Positions 1 to 9,982 of a DNA stretch of 64,000 bases are shown in pieces; within the stretch, counting starts at the first letter, position 1; the number at the start of each line of letters is the position of its first letter. The notes beneath the pieces are model-generated. The model was given only the letters and a program-made list of their open reading frames with translations. It searched no databases and was not told the origin of the DNA. The position numbers and the translations under genes are program-made. Source of the DNA: an uncultured Gammaproteobacteria bacterium (lineage in GTDB: Bacteria > Patescibacteriota > Patescibacteriia > UBA11705 > DATKZF01); NCBI GenBank assembly GCA_964411255.1, contig CAYPKD010000003.1, positions 16,477-80,476 of the forward strand, read 5' to 3'.

Positions 1-1427
1 GACATAGAGTGCTCACAAGGAGTGACACAAACATCAGGCACGTCGTCAATCATCACCGTTGCTAACTGCGGATCAGAATTGATACTGACCAGCACCTGAG
101 GCGGTAGTTCTGTCAATGTGGCAAAGACACTGTTGTTCGTATCAGAGATGTCTTCATTGACTGTTTCGGTTTCATAACCATCGAGTGTAAAGACAAACTC
201 GTGCGTCCCTTCAGTCAGAGACTGAGTACAGGGAGTAACACATATGTCTGCCTCACCATCAATGGCCACTGATGCTCCCTGTGGGTCAGAGTCGATGTCG
301 ACATCCACTTCAGGAACAGGCAATGCTGTCAGAGTGACGAAAACCGTATCATTATCCAGGTCTACCACCTGAGTAACGCTCTCTGGCTCATAACCATCAA
401 GAGCAATGTCAAAGGTGTGCTCACCAATCAACATTGTCTGAGTACATGGTGTGGTGCAAAGATCCAGCACCCCGTCAATTGAAACTGTTGCCCCTTGGGG
501 CTCAGAATCAATTGTCACTTCCACATTTTCAGGTGGCAACTCAACTAAAGTGGCAAAGACACTATTGTTAGTATCAGAAATGTCTTCTTCAACCGTGGCT
601 GTCTCATATCCATCGAGAGTGAAAACAAACTCGTGCTGCCCAACAGTCAAAGACTGAGTACAAGGCGTAGTGCACGCGTCTGCCTCTCCATCAACGGCCA
701 CCGTTGCCCCCTGGGGATCAGAGTCAATGCTCACCTCTACTTCAGGTGGAGACAGCTCTGTCAAAGTGACGAAAACCGTATCGTTTTCTACATCCACCAC
801 CTGAGTGACGCTCTCGGGTTCATAGCCCTCAAGAGCAAAGTCAAAGGTGTGTTCACCGATCATAACTGTTTGAATGCAGGGTGTATCACAAATATCCAAC
901 ACCCCATCAATAGAAACCGATGCCCCTTGCGGATCTGAGTCAATGCTCACCTCCACTTGGTCTGGGGACGTTTCTGTCAGAGTGACGAAAACACTGGAGT
1001 TGGTTTCAGAAATCTCTTCCTCAACCATTTCCATGTCATATCCCTCCAAAACAAAGAGGAATACGTGCGTTGCGGCAGTGAGTGTCTGTGTACACGGAGT
1101 GACACAGACATCCTGCAACTCATCGATAGAAACCGATGCTCCAGTCGGATCAGAGCCAATGCTTACTTCAAACTGCTGAGGCTCTACATCAACCGGAATG
1201 TCTTCAGGTACGTCTACGACCACTTCATCCTGTACTTCTGGCTGCACGTCTGGTTGTACGTCAGGCTCAACATCCTGATCAACATCAACCAGCTCTGCAG
1301 CAATGTCGCCTTGAGTATCCAACTCAGTTGCAGAATCAGGGTGGATCACATCGCCCGCGATCTCAACCACCCCCTCATCACATGACAGAATGAAAGAAAA
1401 GACTGCTAATAGGGCTATTTGCTTCAT
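1..1427 (-). CDS. PEGA-repeat surface lipoprotein, 3' part beyond the window edge (gene start at 1427)
   Basis: The reverse-complement start is ATGAAGCAAATAGCC, giving MKQIALLAVFSFILSC: a signal peptide plus lipobox Cys. It follows a GGAGG RBS, and a promoter TTGACA-N17-TAAATT lies near 1480-1515 on the minus strand. The minus-frame translation shows repeated units of about 75 aa, SDPQGASVSIDG..D.CTTPC..L..G.H.F.F.L.GYE, as in the next gene. The plus-strand ORFs at 451-1385 are antisense artefacts of the repeats. Confidence 0.6.
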   Translation of the reverse strand, partial: MKQIALLAVFSFILSCDEGVVEIAGDVIHPDSATELDTQGDIAAELVDVDQDVEPDVQPDVQPEVQDEVVVDVPEDIPVDVEPQQFEVSIGSDPTGASVSIDELQDVCVTPCTQTLTAATHVFLFVLEGYDMEMVEEEISETNSSVFVTLTETSPDQVEVSIDSDPQGASVSIDGVLDICDTPCIQTVMIGEHTFDFALEGYEPESVTQVVDVENDTVFVTLTELSPPEVEVSIDSDPQGATVAVDGEADACTTPCTQSLTVGQHEFVFTLDGYETATVEEDISDTNNSVFATLVELPPENVEVTIDSEPQGATVSIDGVLDLCTTPCTQTMLIGEHTFDIALDGYEPESVTQVVDLDNDTVFVTLTALPVPEVDVDIDSDPQGASVAIDGEADICVTPCTQSLTEGTHEFVFTLDGYETETVNEDISDTNNSVFATLTELPPQVLVSINSDPQLATVMIDDVPDVCVTPCEHSM

Positions 1428-1562
1428 TTTTTCCTCCCATAGGTTAAAAAAGCCCTTGGTTCATTGTCAAACAACACGTTATAGCAATTTAGCATAAAAC
1501 GTAAATTTTGTCAATTCCCCAATTAAAAAACCTTGATTTATGAAAATCAAGGTTAAATGTCC

Positions 1563-4500
1563 TTATTTCCCTGCTTGCAGGGTAATAAAGAAGTAGTCAT
1601 TAGCTGCATCTACATTTTCATCATACTCTTGGGTAATGTACCCCGGTTTTTCGTAGACGAAATGATGCATGCCTTCTTTCAAATCGATGACAAAAGGCGA
1701 TGTATCAACATATTGATCATCAATGGTTACCTGCGTCTGTGACGGAACAGCAACCACTGTGACCTCAATTGTCGGTACAGTGTCAATAACTGCAAATACT
1801 GAGTTATTCACCGCAGAAATACTCTCCTGCACCAATACAGGATCATAAGTATCTACAGTGAAAACAAAGTCATGCAGTCCCTCTGTCAAACTCTGCTCAC
1901 ACGGGGTTTGACAAACGTTCGGAACGCTGTCAATTTCTACCCATGCTTGCTGAGGATCTGAATTGATCTGGACCAGAATCGTATTGTCTGCGACCAGATC
2001 AGCATGTACAGTATTGTTCGCTGCATCAATATCCTGATTAATCGTCTGGGGCATATAGCCAGCCAGCGAAAAATCAAACTTGTGACTGCCTGGCAGCAAA
2101 TCATAAGTAAAGCTTGTCGTATCAGTATAGGCTCCGTCATCAATGACCACTGTTGCGCCACTCGGATTGGACGTAACAGTAACAGTCACTGGAAGAGGAG
2201 TCATAGTAACAAACACACTGGTGTTGGTAGATGAAATATCTTCACTCACCATCTCATCTTCATACCCAGCCAGGGTAAACACAAAATTATGCATACCAAC
2301 AGTAAGCTGCTCTGAACACGGAGTGGTGCAAACGTCTGGCGTGCCATCAATCGAAACTGAGGCACCCAATGGGTTTGAGGTGAAAGTGACGAAATGTTGC
2401 TCAACAACCTCAGTCAATGTCGCAAAGACCGTGTCATTGCTGACAGAAATATCTTCACTGACTGTTTCGTCTTCATAGCCTGTAAGCGTAAACACAAACT
2501 GGTGCGATCCTTCAGTCAAAGACTGGGAACACGGCGTAGTGCATACATCTGGCGTACCGTCTATGGCAACTGACGCACCCGACGGCGTTGAATCAATGCT
2601 CACCAGCACTTCATCAGGCGGCAGCTGCGTCAGAGTTACCGAAACTGTGTCATTGCTGACAGAAATATCTTCACTGACTATTTCATCTTCATAGCCAGCC
2701 AAAGTAAACACGAACTGGTGCGATCCTTCAGTCAAAGACTGGGAACACGGCGTAGTGCATACATCTGGCGTACCGTCTATGGCAACTGACGCACCCGGCG
2801 GCGTTGAATCAATGCTCACCAGCACTTCATCAAGCGGCAGTTCGGTCAATGCCACGTAAATGCTGGTGTTTAACGCAGAGATTTCCTCATTGAATGTTTC
2901 TGGCTGATAGCCATCAAGTGTGAAGTTAAACTCATGCGACCCAGCCGTCAGTTGTTCTGAGCATGGCGTGCTACAGACATCTGGCATACCATCAATGGAA
3001 ACTGATGCTCCCATTGGGCTCGAGCTGATAGTGACTGAAAATGTCTCAACAATTTCTGTCAAAGTGACAGAAACGTTGTTGTTTATATCTGAAATATCAT
3101 CGTTTACCGTCTCTGACTCGTAACCAGTGAGAGTAAACACAAACTCATGCGGACCCACCGTCAAAGACAGCGAGCACGGCGTAATACATACGTCTGGCGT
3201 GCCATCAATGGCAACTGACGCTCCCGGCGGCTCTGAATCAATGCTTACCAGCACTTCATCAGGCGGCAGTTCGGTCAATGTGGCAAAGACACTGTTATTT
3301 ATATCAGAAACATCTTGACTGACTGTTTCTGCTTCATATCCATCTGCTGTGAACACAAACTCATGCGGTCCAATCGGTAGAGACTGGAAACACGGCGTAG
3401 TGCATACATCAGACGTATCATCAATTGCGACAGACGCCCCCTGCGGCTCTGAGTCAATGGTTACCATTACCTCATCAGGCGGCAGCTGGGTCAGAATGAC
3501 AAAAACGTCAGCGTTTGTAGCAGAGATGTAATTGGTAGCAATCTCTGGCTCATACCCATCTAAAGTAAAGCTAAAGGTGTATTCTCCCTCAACCAACAGA
3601 TGGGAACAGGGAGTAGTACACACATCCAGCGAATCATCAATCGAGACACTGGCGCCTTCAGGCTCAGAGTCAAAATTGACTTCAATCTCATCTGGCGGCA
3701 ACTCAGTCAAAGAGACTGCGATGCTGGTGTTTGTTTCAGAAATATATTTCTGAGTAGTCTCAGTTGAATATCCGTCCAAAGTAAAGACGAATTCATACCA
3801 ACCTTCTGTCAGCACTTCCACACATGGCGTAGTGCAAACATCCTGGCCATCAATGGCCACAGCTGCTCCAGTAGGATTGGAAGTGATAACCACTGAGTAT
3901 TCAACTGGTGGCAATTCAGTCAGTGTAACAAAAACACTGTTGTTGGTTTCAGAAATGTCTTCGCTGACTGTTTCGGTTTCATAGCCATCCAAAGTGAATT
4001 CAAATTGATGCTCTCCTACTTCCATTACCTGAAGGCAAGGAGTGGTACAGGCATCAGCTTCTCCATCAATGGATACGCTCGCACCATGAGGTTCTGAATC
4101 AATGTCAACTTCAACCTCGCCTGTAGGCAATTCAGTCAAAGTGACATGGATATAATCATTTGCCTCACTAAATTCATGCTGAACAACTGCAGTATTATAG
4201 CCAGTGAGAGAAAATTCTAAGGTATGGGAACCTTCTTCCAGTGGCTGGTTAAAGCAAGGCGTCTGGCAGACATATTCTCCATCAACAGACACATCTGCAC
4301 CTGCTGGTGTAGAATTGATATCTACAGACAACATCACTGGTGGAATTTCAGTCAATTCGACAAATACGCTAGTATTTGTTTGTGAAATATAGTCATCCAA
4401 CTCCTCTGTTTCATAACCTGAGAGAGTGAATGCGAAATGATGCATGCCTTCTACCAGATTTGTAGCACAGGGAGTGGTACAGACGTCAACATCCTGATTA

Positions 4501-5234
4501 ATCGAAACAAGCGCGTCTTGCGGCATCGAATCGATAAATACCAGATATTCACCTGGCAATAGTTCAGTAAGTTCGACGAATACGCCGAAGTTTTCTTCAG
4601 TAATCTCTTGATCTACTGTCAAAGGCTCATAGCCTTCAAGAGTAAAAGAGAATTGATGCATACCTTCAGGCAACACCACATTCATGCAGGGAGTGGTGCA
4701 GGCATTGGGCTCACTGTCAATTGAGACAGACGCCCCCTGCGGCACAGAATCAATGACCACTGGTACCAAAACCAATGGCTCTTCCTGCAAAATAGCGTAA
4801 ACCAGATCAGTGGTTTGGCTAATCTCCACATTAAGTGTCTGATCCTGATAGCCATCCTTGGAAAAATGGAAGCTATGAGGACCTGCCTGCAGGTGGAGTG
4901 AAAATGGTGTAAAAAACTGAGTCGTTCCCTCATCAACTGTAACCAGCGCAGCAGCTGGCTCAGAGTCAACAAAGACCTTGATCAATGGAACGACTGTATC
5001 TTCCTGGATATCCAGAACAGGCTGTTGATCTTCAGCTGGAACATCTTCAGTTCCTACCTCTTCCATATCTGGCTGAGCCTGTTCTTCAAAAATATCAAAA
5101 TTTTCAATATCATTTTCTTCCATATCTAGGCCATTTGTAACATCATTTGTTTGAACTAAATACGTATCTACGGTTGTCGGCGTAGAACCGCATGAAAGTA
5201 CGAAAATACACGAAAACAGAGCAAATTTCCTCAT
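1563..5234 (-). CDS. Large surface lipoprotein with about 16 tandem PEGA-like repeats, each carrying a conserved CxTPC cysteine pair
   Basis: A 1237-aa ORF. The likely start is M15 (MRKFALFSCIFVLSCGS: signal peptide plus lipobox) at 5234, preceded by AAGGAGAG. A promoter TTGACA-N17-TAAAAT lies near 5290-5320 on the minus strand. The repeat unit is P.GA.V.IDG..DVCTTPC...L.EG.H.F.FTL.GYE.ET. This is called a PEGA domain from recall of Pfam PF08308 (S-layer-like). Confidence 0.7.
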   Translation of the reverse strand: MRKFALFSCIFVLSCGSTPTTVDTYLVQTNDVTNGLDMEENDIENFDIFEEQAQPDMEEVGTEDVPAEDQQPVLDIQEDTVVPLIKVFVDSEPAAALVTVDEGTTQFFTPFSLHLQAGPHSFHFSKDGYQDQTLNVEISQTTDLVYAILQEEPLVLVPVVIDSVPQGASVSIDSEPNACTTPCMNVVLPEGMHQFSFTLEGYEPLTVDQEITEENFGVFVELTELLPGEYLVFIDSMPQDALVSINQDVDVCTTPCATNLVEGMHHFAFTLSGYETEELDDYISQTNTSVFVELTEIPPVMLSVDINSTPAGADVSVDGEYVCQTPCFNQPLEEGSHTLEFSLTGYNTAVVQHEFSEANDYIHVTLTELPTGEVEVDIDSEPHGASVSIDGEADACTTPCLQVMEVGEHQFEFTLDGYETETVSEDISETNNSVFVTLTELPPVEYSVVITSNPTGAAVAIDGQDVCTTPCVEVLTEGWYEFVFTLDGYSTETTQKYISETNTSIAVSLTELPPDEIEVNFDSEPEGASVSIDDSLDVCTTPCSHLLVEGEYTFSFTLDGYEPEIATNYISATNADVFVILTQLPPDEVMVTIDSEPQGASVAIDDTSDVCTTPCFQSLPIGPHEFVFTADGYEAETVSQDVSDINNSVFATLTELPPDEVLVSIDSEPPGASVAIDGTPDVCITPCSLSLTVGPHEFVFTLTGYESETVNDDISDINNNVSVTLTEIVETFSVTISSSPMGASVSIDGMPDVCSTPCSEQLTAGSHEFNFTLDGYQPETFNEEISALNTSIYVALTELPLDEVLVSIDSTPPGASVAIDGTPDVCTTPCSQSLTEGSHQFVFTLAGYEDEIVSEDISVSNDTVSVTLTQLPPDEVLVSIDSTPSGASVAIDGTPDVCTTPCSQSLTEGSHQFVFTLTGYEDETVSEDISVSNDTVFATLTEVVEQHFVTFTSNPLGASVSIDGTPDVCTTPCSEQLTVGMHNFVFTLAGYEDEMVSEDISSTNTSVFVTMTPLPVTVTVTSNPSGATVVIDDGAYTDTTSFTYDLLPGSHKFDFSLAGYMPQTINQDIDAANNTVHADLVADNTILVQINSDPQQAWVEIDSVPNVCQTPCEQSLTEGLHDFVFTVDTYDPVLVQESISAVNNSVFAVIDTVPTIEVTVVAVPSQTQVTIDDQYVDTSPFVIDLKEGMHHFVYEKPGYITQEYDENVDAANDYFFITLQAGK

Positions 5235-5428
5235 TGCTTCTCTCCTTAAGCCCTTATTTAGGCAGTTTATTGTCAAAGACCTGTAGTACCTTATTTTACT
5301 ACAAAATTAAAAATTTGTCAATCATTACCTCTATCTATACTAAAACACCCCTCTCATTAATTTATGACTGTTTTTTTTATTAATAATTACAAAAAAATCC
5401 TGATTATTAACCAGGATTTAGATACTTT

Positions 5429-6775
5429 TTATTCCATATCAATAAATACATAATTCTGCTCAGCAGATACTTCTGTTAGCACTTCAATACTGTCATAAAC
5501 CAGGTTTCCAGAAAAAAAATGCCAGCCCTCTTTTAAATATACTTGAAACGGAGTGACATACTCTGTTTCTCTACTGTCAATTAAGACAGTCACTCCTTGA
5601 GGAGCTGAAGCTACAGTGACAAAAACTTCTGGTACATTTAAAAATTCTACTAAAAATAAATTATTGCTATCAGATATTGTTTCATCAAGATATAAAATAT
5701 CATAGCCTGGTAATGAAAAAACAAAATGATGAGGATCAGGACTTAATTCAACATGACAAGGAGTCTGACAAACATCAGGCTGATTGTCAATTTCCACCCA
5801 TGCCATCTGCGGATCTGAATAAAGCAATACTTTTTCTGCATGTTCAAGTATTATTAATATTGTTTCAGTGTAACGATCTATAGGTGTTTCGAAAATTTCA
5901 GTCCTATATCCATCCAGTTCAAATAAAAATTCATATTCTCCTTCAAGTAAATTAATATTAAAAGGGGTGATATAAACATTTTCAAAATCATTATCAATAG
6001 TAACCATTGCTCCTTGAGGATTAGAATTAATGAATACTTCATACTCTAAAGGAATAAGTGATTCTAATTCTGCAAAAAAACTTGTATTGTGACGATTAAC
6101 TTCAACCACTTCTGTGTAATCATGGTAGCCTTCCAGTTTATAGTGCAGCTTATGCTCACCTTCAGGCAAAGTAACCTCAAATGGAGTAAAATAATTTTCA
6201 TCCTGACTTTCATCTATTATTACTTGTGCGCCTGTTGGATCTGAATCAATATTTATTGAAATTAATTTGCGTAAATCAACATCAACAGTGCCATGTCCCA
6301 AATCAATATCATGAATTATTGTCATTTGTTCATATCCTTCAAGTGAAAAAATAAATTCATGCTCTCTATATGTTAATTTTATTTCGCACGGAGTCTGGCA
6401 AACATCTTCTTCCCCGTCAATAGTAACTGAAGCACCTTGAGGAGATGAATTAACTTTTGCATAAATTTCTTTTATGGTTAAGTCAAAATGTAGTTTCTCA
6501 GTATTTCTCCCAATAGTAGTCCACGCTCGCATTGATTCATAATCTTCCCTTGATATTCTTAATATTAAATTTGTTGGTCCTGATAAAATCAATTCAAAAG
6601 GAGTAATGCCAATATGATTTGGCTCTTCTGACACGCTTCGATGCCGATGATAAATTTCAACAGATGCTCCTAGAGGTTCTGTAGTGAAAGAAACTGTAAT
6701 ACTTCCTCCTCTATCATCACTACAGGCCATAATAAATATCATGTAAAAGAACAGTAGTTTCTGCTTCATATTCAT
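5429..6775 (-). CDS. PEGA-like repeat lipoprotein, a divergent low-GC paralog
   Basis: 448 aa. MNMKQKLLFFYMIFIMACSD gives a signal peptide and lipobox. There is a GGAGGA RBS 5 nt upstream and a TTGACA...TATAAT promoter upstream. About 5 degenerate repeats carry PxGA..V.ID....CQTPC..L....H.F.F.L.GY. Confidence 0.6.
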   Translation of the reverse strand: MNMKQKLLFFYMIFIMACSDDRGGSITVSFTTEPLGASVEIYHRHRSVSEEPNHIGITPFELILSGPTNLILRISREDYESMRAWTTIGRNTEKLHFDLTIKEIYAKVNSSPQGASVTIDGEEDVCQTPCEIKLTYREHEFIFSLEGYEQMTIIHDIDLGHGTVDVDLRKLISINIDSDPTGAQVIIDESQDENYFTPFEVTLPEGEHKLHYKLEGYHDYTEVVEVNRHNTSFFAELESLIPLEYEVFINSNPQGAMVTIDNDFENVYITPFNINLLEGEYEFLFELDGYRTEIFETPIDRYTETILIILEHAEKVLLYSDPQMAWVEIDNQPDVCQTPCHVELSPDPHHFVFSLPGYDILYLDETISDSNNLFLVEFLNVPEVFVTVASAPQGVTVLIDSRETEYVTPFQVYLKEGWHFFSGNLVYDSIEVLTEVSAEQNYVFIDME

Positions 6776-6883
6776 TGCTATCCTCCCGGTTAAATAACCG
6801 TTGCTATATTAACAATTATAATAAAACATCAATTTTGTCAATTAAAAATCCTGATTATGAATCAGGATATGTTTATATTATTG

Positions 6884-8548
6884 TTATTTATTGCAATTCT
6901 GCAACTGGTAGAAAAAGCTCTTATTGCTCTGTGAAACTTCAATCTGCTCACTAACCGCATCACAGGGCGGTTTTTCAATAAGCAGTTGGCGGGTTCCTGC
7001 CTGAACCTCTCCAGAGAACGGAGTAGTGCCAAGGCTATTCCCATCAATGGACAATGCAGCCATCATTGGCACAGAGGAAACAGTAATGGTCACCATTTCA
7101 CCAGTGCTTTCCGGTGTGAGCGTCACAGAAACAGTGTCTCCATCCGCTGACACATTCTGCTGCACTGTTGCTGTTTCATAACCGCTGAGCGTGAACACAA
7201 ATTCATGCGTTCCCTCTGTCAGCTGCTGAGAACAGGGTGTGGTGCAGAGATTCTGAAGACCATCGATCGCCACAGATGCTCCAGCAGGAGTCGTCTCAAT
7301 GTTGACAGAAACGTCACCAGTAGAAATCTGGGTCAGCGTCACATTGACCGTATTGCTGCTTGAGTTGACATTCTGCTGCACTGTTGCTGTTTCATAACCG
7401 CTGAGCGTGAACACAAATTCATGCGTTCCCTCTGTCAGCTGCTGAGAACAGGGTGTGGTGCAGAGATTCTGAAGACCATCGATCGCCACAGATGCTCCAG
7501 CAGGAGTAGAATTGATCTGCACAGCCACTGGCTGAGTTGTTTCCGGCGTAAGGATAGAAAACACGTAATTGTCAGAAAAACTGACAAAATGCGTTACCTG
7601 CGCAGGCTGATAGCCGTTCAAAGTAAATCCGAAAACGTGCTGCCCCTCAGTAACCTGGTGCGAACATGGCGTAGTGCAGACATTCTGCGCACCATCTACG
7701 CTGACTGATGCTCCCTGAGGGCTTGAATCAACCTGGGCCATTACCAGCTGAGCTTGGCCAGGCTGCAAAGTAACAGAAACACTATTGTCAGTCTCTGTCA
7801 CATTATGCTGAACAGTCGTTGGCTGATAACCATCCAAAGTGAAACTGAAAGTGTGCATTCCAGCCGTGGTCTGATACTGACATGGCGTAGTGCAAACATC
7901 AGCAGCACTGTCAACGGTGACAGAAGCACCGCTTGGAGTGGAATTGAGCTGAACCGCAATCAAGCCAGGCTGGCCTTGGGTCAGAGTGGCAAACACGTAA
8001 TTGTCTGTGAATGACACCGTATAAATAATTGTCTGGGGCAAATAGCCATCCATCTCAAACACAAACTCATGGTCTCCCGCAGTCAGCTCCTGGGGCTCAC
8101 ATGGAGTGACGCAAACTTCAGCGCGGCCATCAATGGCCACCACTGCTCCCTGAGGAGAAGAATCAATCTGAGTAAAGACTGTATCTTCAGCCTCAGAAGT
8201 TAAAGTAGCAGAGATAGTGCTGTCACCCCAAGTGACATAATGATCGACAACCGCAGTCTCATAATCTTCAAGTTCAAAAGTAAATGTATGATCTCCCTCT
8301 GCCACTTCATATTGGCAGGGCGTAATACATGCAGGATCCTCATCTTCATCAATGGTCACGGAAGCTCCTTCAGGATCAGAAAGCAGCGTTGCCCATAGAA
8401 AAATAGTGGCTTCACCATCGGCAGACGTCATGTCTTGCCCAGATACATCAGCATCTTCTACATCAGTCCTGAGTTTAGATTCAGCACAACTGATTGCAAA
8501 AATTGCAAATAAAATTACACTTGAAATGTACAGAAGAGTCTTTCGCAT
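6884..8548 (-). CDS. PEGA-like repeat lipoprotein
   Basis: 554 aa. MRKTLLYISSVILFAIFAISCAE gives a lipoprotein signal. There is an AGGAGGAA RBS and a TTGACA promoter near 8620-8650 on the minus strand. The 7 repeats carry SxPxGASV.IDG..N.CTTPC...L.EG.H.F.FTL.GY. A DNA-level duplication of about 130 bp (7170-7290 matching 7380-7500) lies inside the gene. Confidence 0.7.
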   Translation of the reverse strand: MRKTLLYISSVILFAIFAISCAESKLRTDVEDADVSGQDMTSADGEATIFLWATLLSDPEGASVTIDEDEDPACITPCQYEVAEGDHTFTFELEDYETAVVDHYVTWGDSTISATLTSEAEDTVFTQIDSSPQGAVVAIDGRAEVCVTPCEPQELTAGDHEFVFEMDGYLPQTIIYTVSFTDNYVFATLTQGQPGLIAVQLNSTPSGASVTVDSAADVCTTPCQYQTTAGMHTFSFTLDGYQPTTVQHNVTETDNSVSVTLQPGQAQLVMAQVDSSPQGASVSVDGAQNVCTTPCSHQVTEGQHVFGFTLNGYQPAQVTHFVSFSDNYVFSILTPETTQPVAVQINSTPAGASVAIDGLQNLCTTPCSQQLTEGTHEFVFTLSGYETATVQQNVNSSSNTVNVTLTQISTGDVSVNIETTPAGASVAIDGLQNLCTTPCSQQLTEGTHEFVFTLSGYETATVQQNVSADGDTVSVTLTPESTGEMVTITVSSVPMMAALSIDGNSLGTTPFSGEVQAGTRQLLIEKPPCDAVSEQIEVSQSNKSFFYQLQNCNK

Positions 8549-8804
8549 AGCTGTTCCTCCTATGTGATGGGTGCTAAAAGACTGCTTTTTACTGCAAATG
8601 CAGTGTGTTTTAACTTATAATATTTATTAGAATTTGTCAAGTTTATTGGAAAAATAAAAAAACCCTATAATTTAGGGGAATTTTTTGTATTTTGGCAAAA
8701 AAATTGGCAGTGCAATCCGTAGCGCTTGAAATCAGTACTTCGTTCGTTTATTTCGGCCCTTCTTCACTAAAGCTTCGAAAGGCATCCTTCGCTCTCGCGA
8801 AGGA

Positions 8805-8879
8805 TGGAGGCACGGACGGGAATTGCACCCGTGCATAGCGGTTTTGCAGACCGCTGCCTTACTGCTTGGCTACCGTGCC
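8805..8879 (-). tRNA. tRNA-Cys (GCA), CCA encoded
   Basis: The minus-strand sequence GGCACGGTAGCCAAGCAGTAAGGCAGCGGTCTGCAAAACCGCTATGCACGGGTGCAATTCCCGTCCGTGCCTCCA has acceptor stem GGCACGG/CCGTGCC, an anticodon loop CUGCAAA, and T-arm ACGGG/CCCGT. The CCA is followed directly by a hairpin. Confidence 0.7.
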
Positions 8880-9373
8880 GTAAATTGAAATTACCTACCT
8901 ATATAATTTTCCTTTCGTCCTGTTATAATCGACAAAATTAGGACTCGTCAGTACTGATCTCATCAGTAGAGGTTTGGGGTGTGTGCTATATTATAGCCAC
9001 TAGCCCCCCTTTTTAGTTCCATCCGCTTTAATACTAATGCGGAACGGTCTTTTGCGGATGTTATCCGCATTCACTGGCTCTTAGTCCCTACTGCCTGCTA
9101 GTCAGCAGATCAGGACTGTGGATTTAGTTTGAACCGTCATGGTTCTGAATCAGGCATATCAACGACCATCGCTGACAATACCCTCACAAACATTATATCA
9201 TATGATATCTGTGAGCCTACTATCAACAAAACCAAGCTAATCGTATATGCCTGCTTTTTCGAAAAAATCCATTCTATTTTAACATAATACAAATATACTG
9301 TAAACATAGGCCTTTTTTAAAAAGAAAAATTGCCCGCCAAAGGCAGACAATCTTTCAATATTTAAGCTATTAT

Positions 9374-9967
9374 TTATTCAACAACTTCAATCTTAATCTG
9401 CTTTTTACCAAATTGAATGGCTTCACCTCGGTCTTTCATCCAAATATCTACACGGTTTGAATATCGTCTGTTCATTCTATCATGAACAATGAATTCTTGA
9501 TCACCATATAAATCTGGAATTTTGACCTTAGTACCAAATGGTAAAAAGTTAGCAGCAATGACATTTTCTTCATTAGCTGCACAAACATTATATCCGTCAG
9601 CGGTAATACATGGAGTAGAATCTGTTTCTGCTACACTTGATGTATAGGCTGTAGCAGTAACATATAATTCACCATTTTTATACTTTGGATATACAGCTCT
9701 TTGATATGCGATTTTTCGTTGTTTTGCCTGCTCTTGCTTTTCCTTATAAGCAAGCATATTTTCTGTAATTATGTCCTGTTTATCAGCAATTAAAACCGAT
9801 TTGACATCAACAGGATTTCTATATAATACTTTCGCTTGTGTTGGCATAGCAACATTAGCTAAAACTAAAAAGAATACAATAAATATAGCTACTTTTCCAC
9901 GCTTTTTAAGGTGTTTTCTTAATGTTTCTAATATGTTTAATTTGTTCATATAATTCATATAATTCAT
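9374..9967 (-). CDS. Secreted 3D-domain (MltA/YuiC/RlpA-like double-psi beta-barrel) protein
   Basis: The C-terminal region ATAYTSS..TDSTPCITADGYNV...VIAANFLPFGTKVKIPDLYGDQEFIVHDRMNRRYSNRVDIWM matches 3D-domain conservation. The ORF track extends to 10060, but a perfect TTGACA-N17-TATAAT promoter (minus strand, 9983-10011) sits inside that extension. The start is therefore probably the first ATG after it (about 9967; alternatives 9958 and 9949). Confidence 0.6.
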   Translation of the reverse strand: MNYMNYMNKLNILETLRKHLKKRGKVAIFIVFFLVLANVAMPTQAKVLYRNPVDVKSVLIADKQDIITENMLAYKEKQEQAKQRKIAYQRAVYPKYKNGELYVTATAYTSSVAETDSTPCITADGYNVCAANEENVIAANFLPFGTKVKIPDLYGDQEFIVHDRMNRRYSNRVDIWMKDRGEAIQFGKKQIKIEVVE

Positions 9968-9982
9968 TATTTTATGCTTAGT

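Noticed and set aside
451-1385. Plus-strand ORFs of 68-142 aa inside the first PEGA gene region, and similar ones at 2004-4392
   Set aside because: They are antisense to long minus-strand repeat genes that have convincing signal peptides, RBSs and promoters. The repetitive codon structure generates open antisense frames.
8941-8975. A hammerhead ribozyme, suggested by CTGATGAG on the minus strand
   Set aside because: The downstream GAAA and the helix III/cleavage-site arrangement are missing. Only the 8-mer matches.
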